From: a virus
Taxonomy: Duplodnaviria; Caudoviricetes
Strand: one strand, 5' to 3'
IMG/VR virus record: IMGVR_UViG_3300036820_000017
Coordinates: 1,491 to 65,490 of that record
DNA: 64,000 nt
In this document: piece after piece, positions 8,277-17,300 of the stretch
Layout of the letters: the number at the start of each line of letters is the position of its first letter
Numbering within the stretch: position 1 is the stretch's first letter
Notes under the pieces: generated by a model
Told to the model about the DNA's origin: nothing
The model's input: only the letters and a program-made list of their open reading frames with translations
Database searches by the model: none
Made by a program: the position numbers and the translations under genes

Positions 8277-8969
8277 GTGGCCGTCTTTGACCCCGACAAG
8301 CACTGCGGTGCTCAGCGACCCAACCAGCCCGTCGGGACGCTCTGCACCCGCCCGAAAGGGTGGGGGACGCCGCATCCCGGTGTCGGGCACTGCAAGCGGC
8401 ACGGCGGATCGACTGCGGCGCAGTCCAAGGCGGCCGAGGTGGAGATCGCGCGGCGCGAGTGTGACCGGCTCGGCATCCCCGTCGAGATCGACCCCGGCGA
8501 AGCGCTGATGCAGGAGTTGTGGGAGACGGCCGGCAATGTGGCGTTCTACCGCGCGCTCGTGCAGCAACTCCCCACGCATCCCGAGCCTGACGTGTTCGTC
8601 ACCGGCGGCGCCGACGATGCTGGCGACTACACGCTCGCGCACTGGGAGCGAGGCGCGCCGGGCGTGTACGGCCGCATGTACCACGAGAGCGGACTGCCGA
8701 CCGGCGAAGCTAGGCCGCACGTGCTGGTCACGCTGTACAACGCTGAGCGCAAGCATCTGACCGACGTCGCGACCGCTGCGCTGCGCGCTGGCGTGGAGGA
8801 ACGCCGCGTGCGGATGGCTGAGGCTGACGCAGCGCGGATCTTCGGCGCGCAGGTCGCCGCGCTGGCAGCGATCGGCATGGGGGACCGCCTTGATGACTTC
8901 CGCCGAGCTTTCGCCGACGCCCTCCGCCGCAGAGAGCCCCCTGCTCTCGGCGCTGCTGGCGCAGGCTGA
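8277..8969 (+). CDS. terS: terminase small subunit
   Basis: CGA...C...HPG.G.CKRHGGST motif; directly upstream of terL. Confidence 0.75.
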   Translation: MAVFDPDKHCGAQRPNQPVGTLCTRPKGWGTPHPGVGHCKRHGGSTAAQSKAAEVEIARRECDRLGIPVEIDPGEALMQELWETAGNVAFYRALVQQLPTHPEPDVFVTGGADDAGDYTLAHWERGAPGVYGRMYHESGLPTGEARPHVLVTLYNAERKHLTDVATAALRAGVEERRVRMAEADAARIFGAQVAALAAIGMGDRLDDFRRAFADALRRREPPALGAAGAG

Positions 8970-9720
8970 ACCCGCGTCGCAGGAGTGGGCGTGGCTCGAG
9001 CACGCCCGTCCGGAGCAGCTTGCGCCTGCGGGCGACTGGTTTGTGTGGCTGATCATGGCCGGCCGCGGGTTCGGGAAGACCCGAACCGGCGCCGAGTGGC
9101 TCGCGCGGCAGGCGACCGTCAACGGCGGCCTGCACTGGGCGGTTGTCGCGAGGTCGACGCAGGACTGCCGCGAGGTGTGCGTCGAAGGGCCATCCGGACT
9201 GCTGAAAGCGCTCGGGTTGACGCTCGACTCGCCGGGCTATAACCGCACGACGGGTGAGATCCGGCTGCCGGGCGGCAGCGTGATCCACTCGTACAGCGCG
9301 GAGAAGCCCGATCGGATGCGCGGCCCGAACCTTGCTGGCGCGTGGTGCGACGAGATCGGCACGTGGCGGTATGTGGAGGCGTGGACCGAGGGTCTCGTGC
9401 CCGCACTGCGGATCGGTGATCCGCGCGTCGTGGTGACCACGACGCCGCGGCGGACGCCGCTGATCAAGGATCTACTCAGCCGCGATGACGGCAGCGTGAA
9501 CCTGACGCGCGGGTCGACGTTCCACAACGCGGCCAACCTCTCGGCGTCAGCGCTGGCGGAGCTGAAACGCCGGTACGAAGGCACCCGGCTGGGTCGCCAG
9601 GAGCTGTACGGCGAGATGGTCGACGATGTCGAGGGCGCGTTGTGGACCCGCGACATGCTCGAATCGCGCGCGCGGTTTGAGATCGAACTCGTCCCGGGTG
9701 CCTTCAGGATGGGGTCATAG
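8890..9720 (+). CDS. terL: terminase large subunit, N-terminal ATPase half
   Basis: Walker A AGRGFGKT, Walker B WCDE, TTTPR, GRQELYGE; start uncertain. Confidence 0.92.
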   Translation: MMTSAELSPTPSAAESPLLSALLAQAEPASQEWAWLEHARPEQLAPAGDWFVWLIMAGRGFGKTRTGAEWLARQATVNGGLHWAVVARSTQDCREVCVEGPSGLLKALGLTLDSPGYNRTTGEIRLPGGSVIHSYSAEKPDRMRGPNLAGAWCDEIGTWRYVEAWTEGLVPALRIGDPRVVVTTTPRRTPLIKDLLSRDDGSVNLTRGSTFHNAANLSASALAELKRRYEGTRLGRQELYGEMVDDVEGALWTRDMLESRARFEIELVPGAFRMGS

Positions 9721-9742
9721 GCGTATCGTCCGACCCAGGCCC

Positions 9743-9748
9743 TACAGT
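9743..9748 (+). promoter_or_regulatory. leaderless -10 element for the HNH gene
   Basis: TACAGT-6 nt-ATG. Confidence 0.5.
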
Positions 9749-9754
9749 GTGGGG

Positions 9755-10345
9755 ATGGCGCCTCCGAAGAAACTACCAACGAAGTGCCGTATCAGCTGGT
9801 GCGACCAGCAGGCCGCCATCGGACGCAAGGGCTGGTGCAGCCTCCACTACCAGAAATGGCGCAGGCACGGCGACCCCGAGCGCGTCGTCATCATCCGCCA
9901 GCACCCCGACGTCTGCACGCTCGAAGGATGCGACGAGCCCTACTACGCCCGGCACTACTGCAAGACGCACTACCGGCGCTGGAAGGCCCACGGCGACCCG
10001 CACATCGTGCTCGCGAGCCATCCCGGTGCGTCTTGGATCAGCACAGAGGGCTATCGCTTCCTGTATCGGCCCGAGCATCCGAACGCCAGCAGGAAGGGCA
10101 CCATCGCCGAACACCGGCTGGTCATGGCCGAAAAGCTCGGCCGCCCTCTGCTGCTGGGCGAAACGGTGCATCACTGCAACGGCGACAAGCTGGACAATCG
10201 GCCGGAGAACGTCGCCCTCCGCGTTGGCCGCCATGGCAAGGGCGCGGACGTGGATGCGCTCGTCGAGTGGGCCCGGGAGGTGCTTCGTCGCTATGACTCG
10301 GACGATTCACCCGTGGGACCTCGGCCGCATATGCGTGGCGGTTGA
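9755..10345 (+). CDS. HNH homing endonuclease inserted in terL
   Basis: EHRLVM...VHHCNGDKLDNRPEN; two N-terminal C..C...C..HY..W..HGDP repeats. Confidence 0.9.
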   Translation: MAPPKKLPTKCRISWCDQQAAIGRKGWCSLHYQKWRRHGDPERVVIIRQHPDVCTLEGCDEPYYARHYCKTHYRRWKAHGDPHIVLASHPGASWISTEGYRFLYRPEHPNASRKGTIAEHRLVMAEKLGRPLLLGETVHHCNGDKLDNRPENVALRVGRHGKGADVDALVEWAREVLRRYDSDDSPVGPRPHMRGG

Positions 10346-10853
10346 TCCGGCGACGACGTCCGGTGAGTCGGCGGACGACACCGGGATCATCGTCGCTGGC
10401 CTCGGCCGTGACGGCGACGGGTACGTCCTCGACGACCTCACGTGCCACCTCTCGCCGGATGGGTGGGCGAAACGCGTCAAGTTCGGCTACGACAAATGGC
10501 AGGCCGACCGTGTGATCGCGGAGGCCAACAACGGCGGCGAGCTCGTCCGCACCGTCCTGATGACCCAGGACGAGAACATGCCGCTCACGCTCGTGCATGC
10601 ATCCCGGGGGAAGCTGACCCGCGCTGAGCCGGTCGCTGCGTTGTATGAGCAGGGCCGGGTGCATCACGTCGGGATGTTCCCCGAGCTTGAGGATCAGTTG
10701 TGCGAGTGGGTGCCGGGCGATTCGGATTCGCCGGACCGGTTGGATGCGTTGGTGTGGGCGTTGACGGAGTTGATGGTGCGTCCGTCGATGTCGATGCCGG
10801 AGGACGCGTCGTTCTGGTCTGAGCCGCCCACGCCGTCGCGCTGGGCGAGCTAG
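10293..10853 (+). CDS. terL: terminase large subunit, C-terminal nuclease half
   Basis: VAVDPA, DDTGI, AEANNGG, SPDRLDALVWA; own SD GGGAGGTG before ATG 10293. Confidence 0.9.
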   Translation: MTRTIHPWDLGRICVAVDPATTSGESADDTGIIVAGLGRDGDGYVLDDLTCHLSPDGWAKRVKFGYDKWQADRVIAEANNGGELVRTVLMTQDENMPLTLVHASRGKLTRAEPVAALYEQGRVHHVGMFPELEDQLCEWVPGDSDSPDRLDALVWALTELMVRPSMSMPEDASFWSEPPTPSRWAS

Positions 10854-10854
10854 G

Positions 10855-10974
10855 CGGCTCCGGCAAGGGCCTCACCCTTGCGACCTCCGAGCCACTCGGC
10901 GCTCTTCTGCTCCCCGTCGGCCTCTTGCGCAGTCGGCCGGCGGATCACTGCGAGACGGGCTGAGCTACGGAGCC
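10855..10974 (-). ncRNA. tRNA-like RNA with expanded D-loop and collapsed anticodon loop
   Basis: GGCTCCG/CGGAGCC acceptor, TAGCTCAG, GAGC D-stem, CCGAG-TGG-CTCGG, AGGTC, GCAAGG-GTGAGGC-CCTTGC. Confidence 0.6.
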
Positions 10975-11027
10975 GACCCCGTGAAGTATCTCACCCACCA
11001 CGGCGCCACCGGCGCGAAGGAGGACAC

Positions 11028-11606
11028 ATGTTCCAACGCAAGCGCACCCCGCGCGACCCGCACACCGTCGCCGTCGAACTCCGACTGCACCACACCGGGG
11101 CGCCCAACTACCTGTCTCACCCGATGCTTCTGTTCGCGCCCGACGCTCCTGCGGCAGACCGGACGCTCGCGATGGAGTGGCTCAAGGCTTGGACTGCGGC
11201 GCAGTCCAAGCCGGACGCTCCCAAGCCCAAGACGGAGACGATCGGCCACGTCACGCTGGAGATCGAGCCGGTGCTCACCAGCACGTCGGAGCGGGCCATC
11301 CGCAAGCTCGTCCGCGACGAGATCCGCGCTGCCAAGCGCGAGACCGGCGAGTGCATCGGCGAGGCCACGCTCGAACTCAAGGCCGACACCGGCCGACTCG
11401 ACGCCGACCTTGCCGCGGCCGAGGAGAAGGTCGCCGCCTCGATCGAGCGCATGCGGAAGATGCTGCAGTCCGTCGGCGCGCCCGGCAGCGAGGACAACCC
11501 TGTCGTCGTCAGGCTCGAGCGCGACGTCCGGTACCAGCAGGTCGGCGGCAACTTCGCGTACGGCGGCATCGTCCCGGCCGGCGCAACGCCGTCCGCCAGC
11601 GACTGA
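11028..11606 (+). CDS. protein carrying tape-measure-like motifs
   Basis: SD AAGGAGG; segments similar to the N-terminus and internal motifs of the TMP at 36794. Confidence 0.8.
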   Translation: MFQRKRTPRDPHTVAVELRLHHTGAPNYLSHPMLLFAPDAPAADRTLAMEWLKAWTAAQSKPDAPKPKTETIGHVTLEIEPVLTSTSERAIRKLVRDEIRAAKRETGECIGEATLELKADTGRLDADLAAAEEKVAASIERMRKMLQSVGAPGSEDNPVVVRLERDVRYQQVGGNFAYGGIVPAGATPSASD

Positions 11607-11620
11607 GCCGGGAGGGCCCG

Positions 11621-14065
11621 TTGCCACAAGCACGCCGCAACACCAGCAGCCAAAGCAAAGGGCCCAAACCGCCGACCGAGATCGCGTCGAACGCCGGCTT
11701 CCTCGCACCCGCACCCCGCCGCCTCGCCCGCACCGGCGGCCCGATCGGCGACGCGTTCAGCGAAATCGGCACCAGCGGCCTGCGGCAATACGGCGGCTAC
11801 GTCCTCGAGGAATGGCTCAACAAGCTCCAAGGGCGCCGTGCCGCATGGGTGTGGCGCGAAATGCTGGACAACGATCCGACGGTCGGCGCGGTCATTTTCG
11901 CGATCAAATGGCTCGCCCGCGGCGTCGAATGGCGCGTCGAAGAGGGCAACCAGCCCGAGGCCGCCGAGTTCGTCGAAGAGTGCATGCATGACATGTCGCA
12001 CACGTGGGGCGACTTCGTGAGCGAGGTGCTGTCGTTCCTGCCGTACGGGTGGAGCTTCCACGAGCTGGTGTACAAGCGCCGGCAGGGCGCCGGGCCCGCG
12101 AAGCCGATGACCCCGCCGGACGAGTTCGCGGGGCAGGGCGCCGAGACCGAGGAGGACGACAGCAACCCCGCGAGCAGCGCGTACACGGACGGGAAGATCG
12201 GCTGGCGGAAAATCCCGGTCCGCGCCCAGGAAACACTGCTGCACTGGGAATTTTCAGGCTACAGCGGAATTTCAGGGATGAACCAGATTGACTATCACGG
12301 CGGGAAGCACATCATCCCGATCGAGAAAGCCGTCCTGTTCCGCACGCAGACCACCCGGAACAACCCCGAGGGCAGGTCCGTCCTCCGCAACGCGTTCACG
12401 AGCTACGACCTCCTGAAGGGCATCAAGCAGATCGAGGCGATCGGCATCGAACGCGATCTCGCGGGCATCCCGATGGTCAAGGCGCCCGACGGCGTCGACA
12501 TTTTCAGTCCGACCCAGAGCGCGCTGTTCAGCAAGATCAAGCAGATGGTCACGGGGATCCGCCGTGACGAGTATGAGGGGCTGATCTTCCCGTTCGGCTG
12601 GGAGTTCGAGCTCGTGTCCAGCGGCGGGTCGCGGCAGATTGATACGGACGCGATCATCCGCCGGTACCGGCAGGACATCGCCACGAGCATGCTCGCGGAC
12701 TTCGTGCTGATCGGCCAGGATGCTGTCGGCAGCTTCGCGATGGTCGACGTGAAATCGGACCTGTTTGGTGTCGCGATCGACGGGGTGCTGGACCTGGTGT
12801 GCGAGGTGATGAACCGGTACGCGATCCCGCGGCTGCTCGCGATGAACGGGATGGACGTGACCGAGCCGCCGGAGATCCATCACGGGTCAGCCGGCCGGAT
12901 TGATCTGGAGAAGGTCGGCGGGTTCCTGTTCCAGCTGGCCGGCAGTGGCGCGCCGATCCCGTGGTCGGTGCCGTTGCTGGAGTCGCTGTTTAGCGAGGCG
13001 GGGTTGCCGACGAACTTTGAGGAGGCGACCGAGGATCCGATCCCGAAGGCGCCGAAGCCGGAGCCTGATCCGAACGATCCCGCGACACAGCCGGTCGGGC
13101 CGCCGAAGCTGACGCCGGGTGAGGAGCCGTTCGCGCGTGAGGCGCATCTCGGCACGGCAGCGCCACCGCCGCCCGCGCCCGCGGCTGCCAAGCCGCCCGC
13201 AGCCGACCCGAAAGCGAAGGCCAAGCCGCCGGTGCAGAAGGCCGACACCGACAACGACCACGTGTGGGACACCAGTCTCGGCCGCGCGATCAACGTCGCC
13301 CCGAAACTCCAAGAGCGTCACGCCATCCTGTCCGCCCAACTCGAGCAGGAGATCACCGCCGCGCTCGGACAACTCGGCGAGCAAGCCGCATCCAGCTTCC
13401 GCGGGATCGCGCACAAGTCAGCGGGCGGCAGCATGCTGCACCGCCTCGTCGGCCGTGTCGTCCGCAGCCTGAACCTGCCCTTGTGGATCAACCTGCATCT
13501 CAAGCCGATCCTTGCCAACCACGCCGGCCGGGTTGCCGCTGACACGCTGCGGACCCTCCAGGCCGAGGTCGGGTTGGAAATGCAGGTGGGTGAGCAGGAC
13601 GCGCAGAAGCTCGCCGACACAGCCGGGACCGGGCTCGGGATGCGGGACATCGAGCCGCAGGTCCGCCAGTCGATCATGCAAGCGATCCGCGACGGCCTGA
13701 ACGCGGGCGAGAACCCCGTCAAGACGGCTGACCGGATTCGCGCGCAGGTGCCGGCTGGCCGGTTCGTGAACGCCGGCGCGAAATACCGGTCACGTTTGAT
13801 CGCGCGCGACGCGACCGCGAACCTGCAACGCACGGCCGCGATCGCGGCGTACCGCTCTAACGATCACATCACCGGCGTGCAATTGGTCGACGGGATCTAC
13901 GGGCCACCCCGCTCGGATGCGGCGTGCATGAGCCGCAGCGGGCAGACACTCCCGATCGACGAAGCCGACGACGCGCAGCCGAACCACCCTTTGTGCACGC
14001 TGGCGGTCAACCCGATCGTGTCGGGGTCGCTCAGCAGCGACCGCGAGCCCGCGCTCGCCGCCTAA
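11621..14065 (+). CDS. portal protein fused to a head morphogenesis (F-like) domain
   Basis: TTG after GGAGG; EIGTSGL, GWSFHELVYK, NNPEGRSVLR, EAIGIERDLAGIP; Pro-rich linker; C-terminal SRLIAR...C...HPLC. Confidence 0.88.
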   Translation: MPQARRNTSSQSKGPKPPTEIASNAGFLAPAPRRLARTGGPIGDAFSEIGTSGLRQYGGYVLEEWLNKLQGRRAAWVWREMLDNDPTVGAVIFAIKWLARGVEWRVEEGNQPEAAEFVEECMHDMSHTWGDFVSEVLSFLPYGWSFHELVYKRRQGAGPAKPMTPPDEFAGQGAETEEDDSNPASSAYTDGKIGWRKIPVRAQETLLHWEFSGYSGISGMNQIDYHGGKHIIPIEKAVLFRTQTTRNNPEGRSVLRNAFTSYDLLKGIKQIEAIGIERDLAGIPMVKAPDGVDIFSPTQSALFSKIKQMVTGIRRDEYEGLIFPFGWEFELVSSGGSRQIDTDAIIRRYRQDIATSMLADFVLIGQDAVGSFAMVDVKSDLFGVAIDGVLDLVCEVMNRYAIPRLLAMNGMDVTEPPEIHHGSAGRIDLEKVGGFLFQLAGSGAPIPWSVPLLESLFSEAGLPTNFEEATEDPIPKAPKPEPDPNDPATQPVGPPKLTPGEEPFAREAHLGTAAPPPPAPAAAKPPAADPKAKAKPPVQKADTDNDHVWDTSLGRAINVAPKLQERHAILSAQLEQEITAALGQLGEQAASSFRGIAHKSAGGSMLHRLVGRVVRSLNLPLWINLHLKPILANHAGRVAADTLRTLQAEVGLEMQVGEQDAQKLADTAGTGLGMRDIEPQVRQSIMQAIRDGLNAGENPVKTADRIRAQVPAGRFVNAGAKYRSRLIARDATANLQRTAAIAAYRSNDHITGVQLVDGIYGPPRSDAACMSRSGQTLPIDEADDAQPNHPLCTLAVNPIVSGSLSSDREPALAA

Positions 14066-14103
14066 CCCAGCTTCGACAACCAGCCCTGACCGGGAGGTCA
14101 CCC

Positions 14104-14343
14104 ATGGCAATCCGCGCCGACCAGGAAGGCTCCGTCCTCCTGCACGACCAGAACGACCTCGTCGTCCGCAAGGACGGCACCAAGCTGTCAACCAGCGCGC
14201 ACGGCGTCACCACCGGGTTTACCGCCGCGACCGGCACCACCGTCGTGTCCGGTTCGACGTTCACCGGGAACATCGGCTCGACCGCGTACACGCTCAGCGA
14301 CATTGTTGCGGCGCTGAAGACCCTCGGCGCGCTCGCACCCTGA
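14104..14343 (+). CDS. head-fibre-like small protein
   Basis: SD GGGAGGT; C-terminal IVAALKTLGAL. Confidence 0.6.
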   Translation: MAIRADQEGSVLLHDQNDLVVRKDGTKLSTSAHGVTTGFTAATGTTVVSGSTFTGNIGSTAYTLSDIVAALKTLGALAP

Positions 14344-14349
14344 CCGCGG

Positions 14350-14937
14350 ATGGCTGAGATCACGATCAGCGTGCCGGTCGGGACGCTCAGCGGCGACCCG
14401 CAACGCGGCGGCGAGGTCGCTGCCGCCCCCGGCTTCGGGATCAACACCAGCGGCAAGGCGTACTTCAGTCCGAGCGGCGCGACCGCTGGGCAGGCCGCGT
14501 GGCTGCGCATGTCCCCCGAGGGGCATTTAAAGCTCGTGCAGAGCACCACCACCTCGATGGACTACAGCCTCGTGGAGGGTGACGTCCGCCCGCTCGAGCT
14601 GCCGGACTCGGTGACCGTGGAGATCCGCGAGAAGGCGGGGAACAGTCCCGCGCCGCCGGCCTATCGGATGGTTGCGGTTCTCCCGTGCGATGGACGGCCC
14701 GTCGATGTCGCTGACTTGCAGACGGTGGCGTTGCGTCACGGCCGCCCACTCGAACTGCCCGATGCGGTGTTGCCTCCGGTGCGGGTGAAGGTCGGCGGGA
14801 CTGTCGCCCGCGTGCCCGCGGCGGTCATCTCACCGCAGATCCATGAAGGACGGCCGCTGGAGCTCCCGGGCGCGGTCACCGGCCCGGTCCGGTCAGGCCG
14901 CCCGAGCGAAACGAACCAGATCGGCATCGGATCATGA
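14350..14937 (+). CDS. putative structural protein with RPLELP repeats
   Basis: VRPLELPDSV, GRPVDVADL, GRPLELPDAV, GRPLELPGAV. Confidence 0.6.
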   Translation: MAEITISVPVGTLSGDPQRGGEVAAAPGFGINTSGKAYFSPSGATAGQAAWLRMSPEGHLKLVQSTTTSMDYSLVEGDVRPLELPDSVTVEIREKAGNSPAPPAYRMVAVLPCDGRPVDVADLQTVALRHGRPLELPDAVLPPVRVKVGGTVARVPAAVISPQIHEGRPLELPGAVTGPVRSGRPSETNQIGIGS

Positions 14938-15824
14938 CCCAGATCGGCATCGTCACCACCGGCCAAGGCGAAACGTCCGGGCAGTCACCCGTCGCCGACG
15001 GCGCCGGCGGATTCACGTGGGCGACCCCCAGCGGTGGTGGAGGCTCGGCCGTCACGACCCGCAACGCGTCAGGCGCGACCGCGATCACCGTCGCATCATC
15101 CGGCGGCGCGTTCATCGACACGCTCACCGGCAACACCACCTACAGCGCCCCGACCGGCGCCGTAGGTGGCACCGAATGCTCGATCGACATGCAGATCACC
15201 CAGGACGGCGTCGGTGGCCGCACCCTGACCTGGACAGGCATCACGTGGCTCTCCGGGATCGCTCCAACGATGCCAACGGCGCCCGGGTCGATCCTGTACG
15301 TCTCGCTGTTCTCGCTCAACGGCGGCAGCGCCTGGTATGGAACCTACGGGCCGTTCACGCCCGCGCCGTGGCCTAACTCGACGTTCGGCTTCCCGGCGCT
15401 CGGCTCGTCAAACACGGCGTTCACCGCGAACGAGATCGCCGTCGCGGAGGTCGCGATCCCCGGTGCCGCGACCCTGACCGGCGTCTGCGCGCAGAACGGC
15501 GCGACCGGCACCGGCACCATCATCCCAGTGCTGTACAGCGCGACGGGAACGCTACTGGCTAGCGCCGCGTCAGGTATCGCGCAGGTCGGAGGCAGCGGCC
15601 TGCAGCTGTTCGCATTCTCAGCGCCCTATGCGGCCGCGGCGGGCGCGTACTTCATCGGCCTGATGTTCCTCAGCGCCAGCACCAAGGTGTACTGCTGCTA
15701 CGCGTGCAGCATCTCCGGGCAGGTCGCCGGTGGCGGAACCACCCCGCCGTCGACGATCACCCCGCCGACGCTGCCGGGCGGCAACCCGACCGGCTATCTC
15801 GTCCCGGTCATGTCGACGTACTGA
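14934..15824 (+). CDS. fibre/appendage-like virion protein
   Basis: G/T/A-rich; ITQDGVGGRTLTW motif; N-terminus shared with 17301. Confidence 0.7.
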   Translation: MTQIGIVTTGQGETSGQSPVADGAGGFTWATPSGGGGSAVTTRNASGATAITVASSGGAFIDTLTGNTTYSAPTGAVGGTECSIDMQITQDGVGGRTLTWTGITWLSGIAPTMPTAPGSILYVSLFSLNGGSAWYGTYGPFTPAPWPNSTFGFPALGSSNTAFTANEIAVAEVAIPGAATLTGVCAQNGATGTGTIIPVLYSATGTLLASAASGIAQVGGSGLQLFAFSAPYAAAAGAYFIGLMFLSASTKVYCCYACSISGQVAGGGTTPPSTITPPTLPGGNPTGYLVPVMSTY

Positions 15825-17263
15825 TGCGCGGAGCTCTACGCCGCAGCGGCACCTACCCCGCGTCGAGCCGATGGACAACCCAGAGCCCCTGGGATCTCCT
15901 GCCGAACGGGCATAAAGCCAAGGGCGTCACCATCTTTGACCGCAACTGGTACGGCGTCGCACCCGAAACGTATGTGCCGACGCATCTCGCGGACTTCTGG
16001 AACACCTGGGAGTGGTCCGCCGCGGGCGCGTTCGGCGCGGCCGGGAACTGGATCAAACCCCAGATCGACCTGGCGATCAGCATCGGCTGCAACTTCATCC
16101 GATTCTGCGGGACCGTCATCGGCCGCGACGCCAACGCCGGCTACACCAGCGGGTCGGGCGGCGGGATCATCCCCGACGCCCAGTATTTCCCGCAGTGGGC
16201 GCAGGTGCTGCAGTACTGCCGGTCGAACGGGATCTACTGCCAGCCGACGTTCGAGATCGATACCAGCCCATCCACATCGGGTCGCGCGTCCTATTCGACC
16301 ACGAACGCGTGGCGGGTCCCGGAATGGAAGCGGCTGCTGCAACTGTTCCAGGCGTATCTCGACGTGGTGATGTGCGTCGACCTGCTGAACGAAGGGTATG
16401 GCTGGTGCTCGTCGACGAGCGATACGAGCTACGGCAATCCGGGCGGGAACACGTACAACTCGGTGATCATCTACGACGCGTTGAAGCCGACCGCGGGCGT
16501 GATCCCGTTGACGGTCTCGACGTATTTCAAGGCGACCCCGAACCTGTCGAATCCGTGGGTGTCCAATAGCGGCGGGCAGCGACTCCCGACCAGCGGCGTG
16601 TTCGACTACTACGACACGCACCTGTACTACGACCCCGTCAGCCCAGCCGAATATGACGGCCTGTTTCAGTCGGGGCTGCCGGTGCTGATGGGCGAGTTTG
16701 GGCAGAACATGTCGGTCGGGACACCAGACCGGCAGCTGCGGTACAACAGCGCGCTCGCGATGGCTGAGCGGTCATCGAACGTTCCACCGCCCGCGTATCT
16801 CACGACGGCCGCGACGGGCGGGACGGTTCTGGCCGGCACCTATCAGGTCGAGATCACCTATGTCACCGCCGCGGGCGAGACGGTCGGATCGTTCGCGCAG
16901 AGCATCGTCACGACCGGGAGCACGTCGACGATTGTGATCCAGTCCCCGCCGGCGGTGTCGGGCGCGACGGGCTGGTACGCGTATGTGACGCAGGCGGCCG
17001 GTTCGACGTTCACGCGGCAGCAGACGGCTGGCAGCCCAACGGCGATCAGCACGAACCTGACGGTGACCGCTCCACCGTCATCGTCGGGCGCGAACCCTCC
17101 CGGATCGGACACGAGCGGACTCGCGGCGCGGCACATGGCCGGCGCGAGCGCGTGGTGCATGGTCGACCACGACACGCAGACCAACGACGAGTGGGGGATC
17201 GCTGACGCCAGCGGAAACCTGCGGTCAGACGTGACCAGCATTTTCGAGAGCCTCCCGTCATGA
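15824..17263 (+). CDS. clan GH-A (GH5-like) glycoside hydrolase with inserted beta-sandwich
   Basis: DLLNEG acid/base, DTHLY, VLMGEFG nucleophile, GASAW. Confidence 0.75.
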   Translation: MRGALRRSGTYPASSRWTTQSPWDLLPNGHKAKGVTIFDRNWYGVAPETYVPTHLADFWNTWEWSAAGAFGAAGNWIKPQIDLAISIGCNFIRFCGTVIGRDANAGYTSGSGGGIIPDAQYFPQWAQVLQYCRSNGIYCQPTFEIDTSPSTSGRASYSTTNAWRVPEWKRLLQLFQAYLDVVMCVDLLNEGYGWCSSTSDTSYGNPGGNTYNSVIIYDALKPTAGVIPLTVSTYFKATPNLSNPWVSNSGGQRLPTSGVFDYYDTHLYYDPVSPAEYDGLFQSGLPVLMGEFGQNMSVGTPDRQLRYNSALAMAERSSNVPPPAYLTTAATGGTVLAGTYQVEITYVTAAGETVGSFAQSIVTTGSTSTIVIQSPPAVSGATGWYAYVTQAAGSTFTRQQTAGSPTAISTNLTVTAPPSSSGANPPGSDTSGLAARHMAGASAWCMVDHDTQTNDEWGIADASGNLRSDVTSIFESLPS

Positions 17264-17300
17264 GCCGTCAACGCATGGATCGCAGATCAAGGGGGCACCG

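Noticed and set aside
9720-10293. Group I intron or intein in terL
   Set aside because: Stop codon excludes an intein; too little non-coding sequence for an intron core; the downstream half has its own SD and ATG
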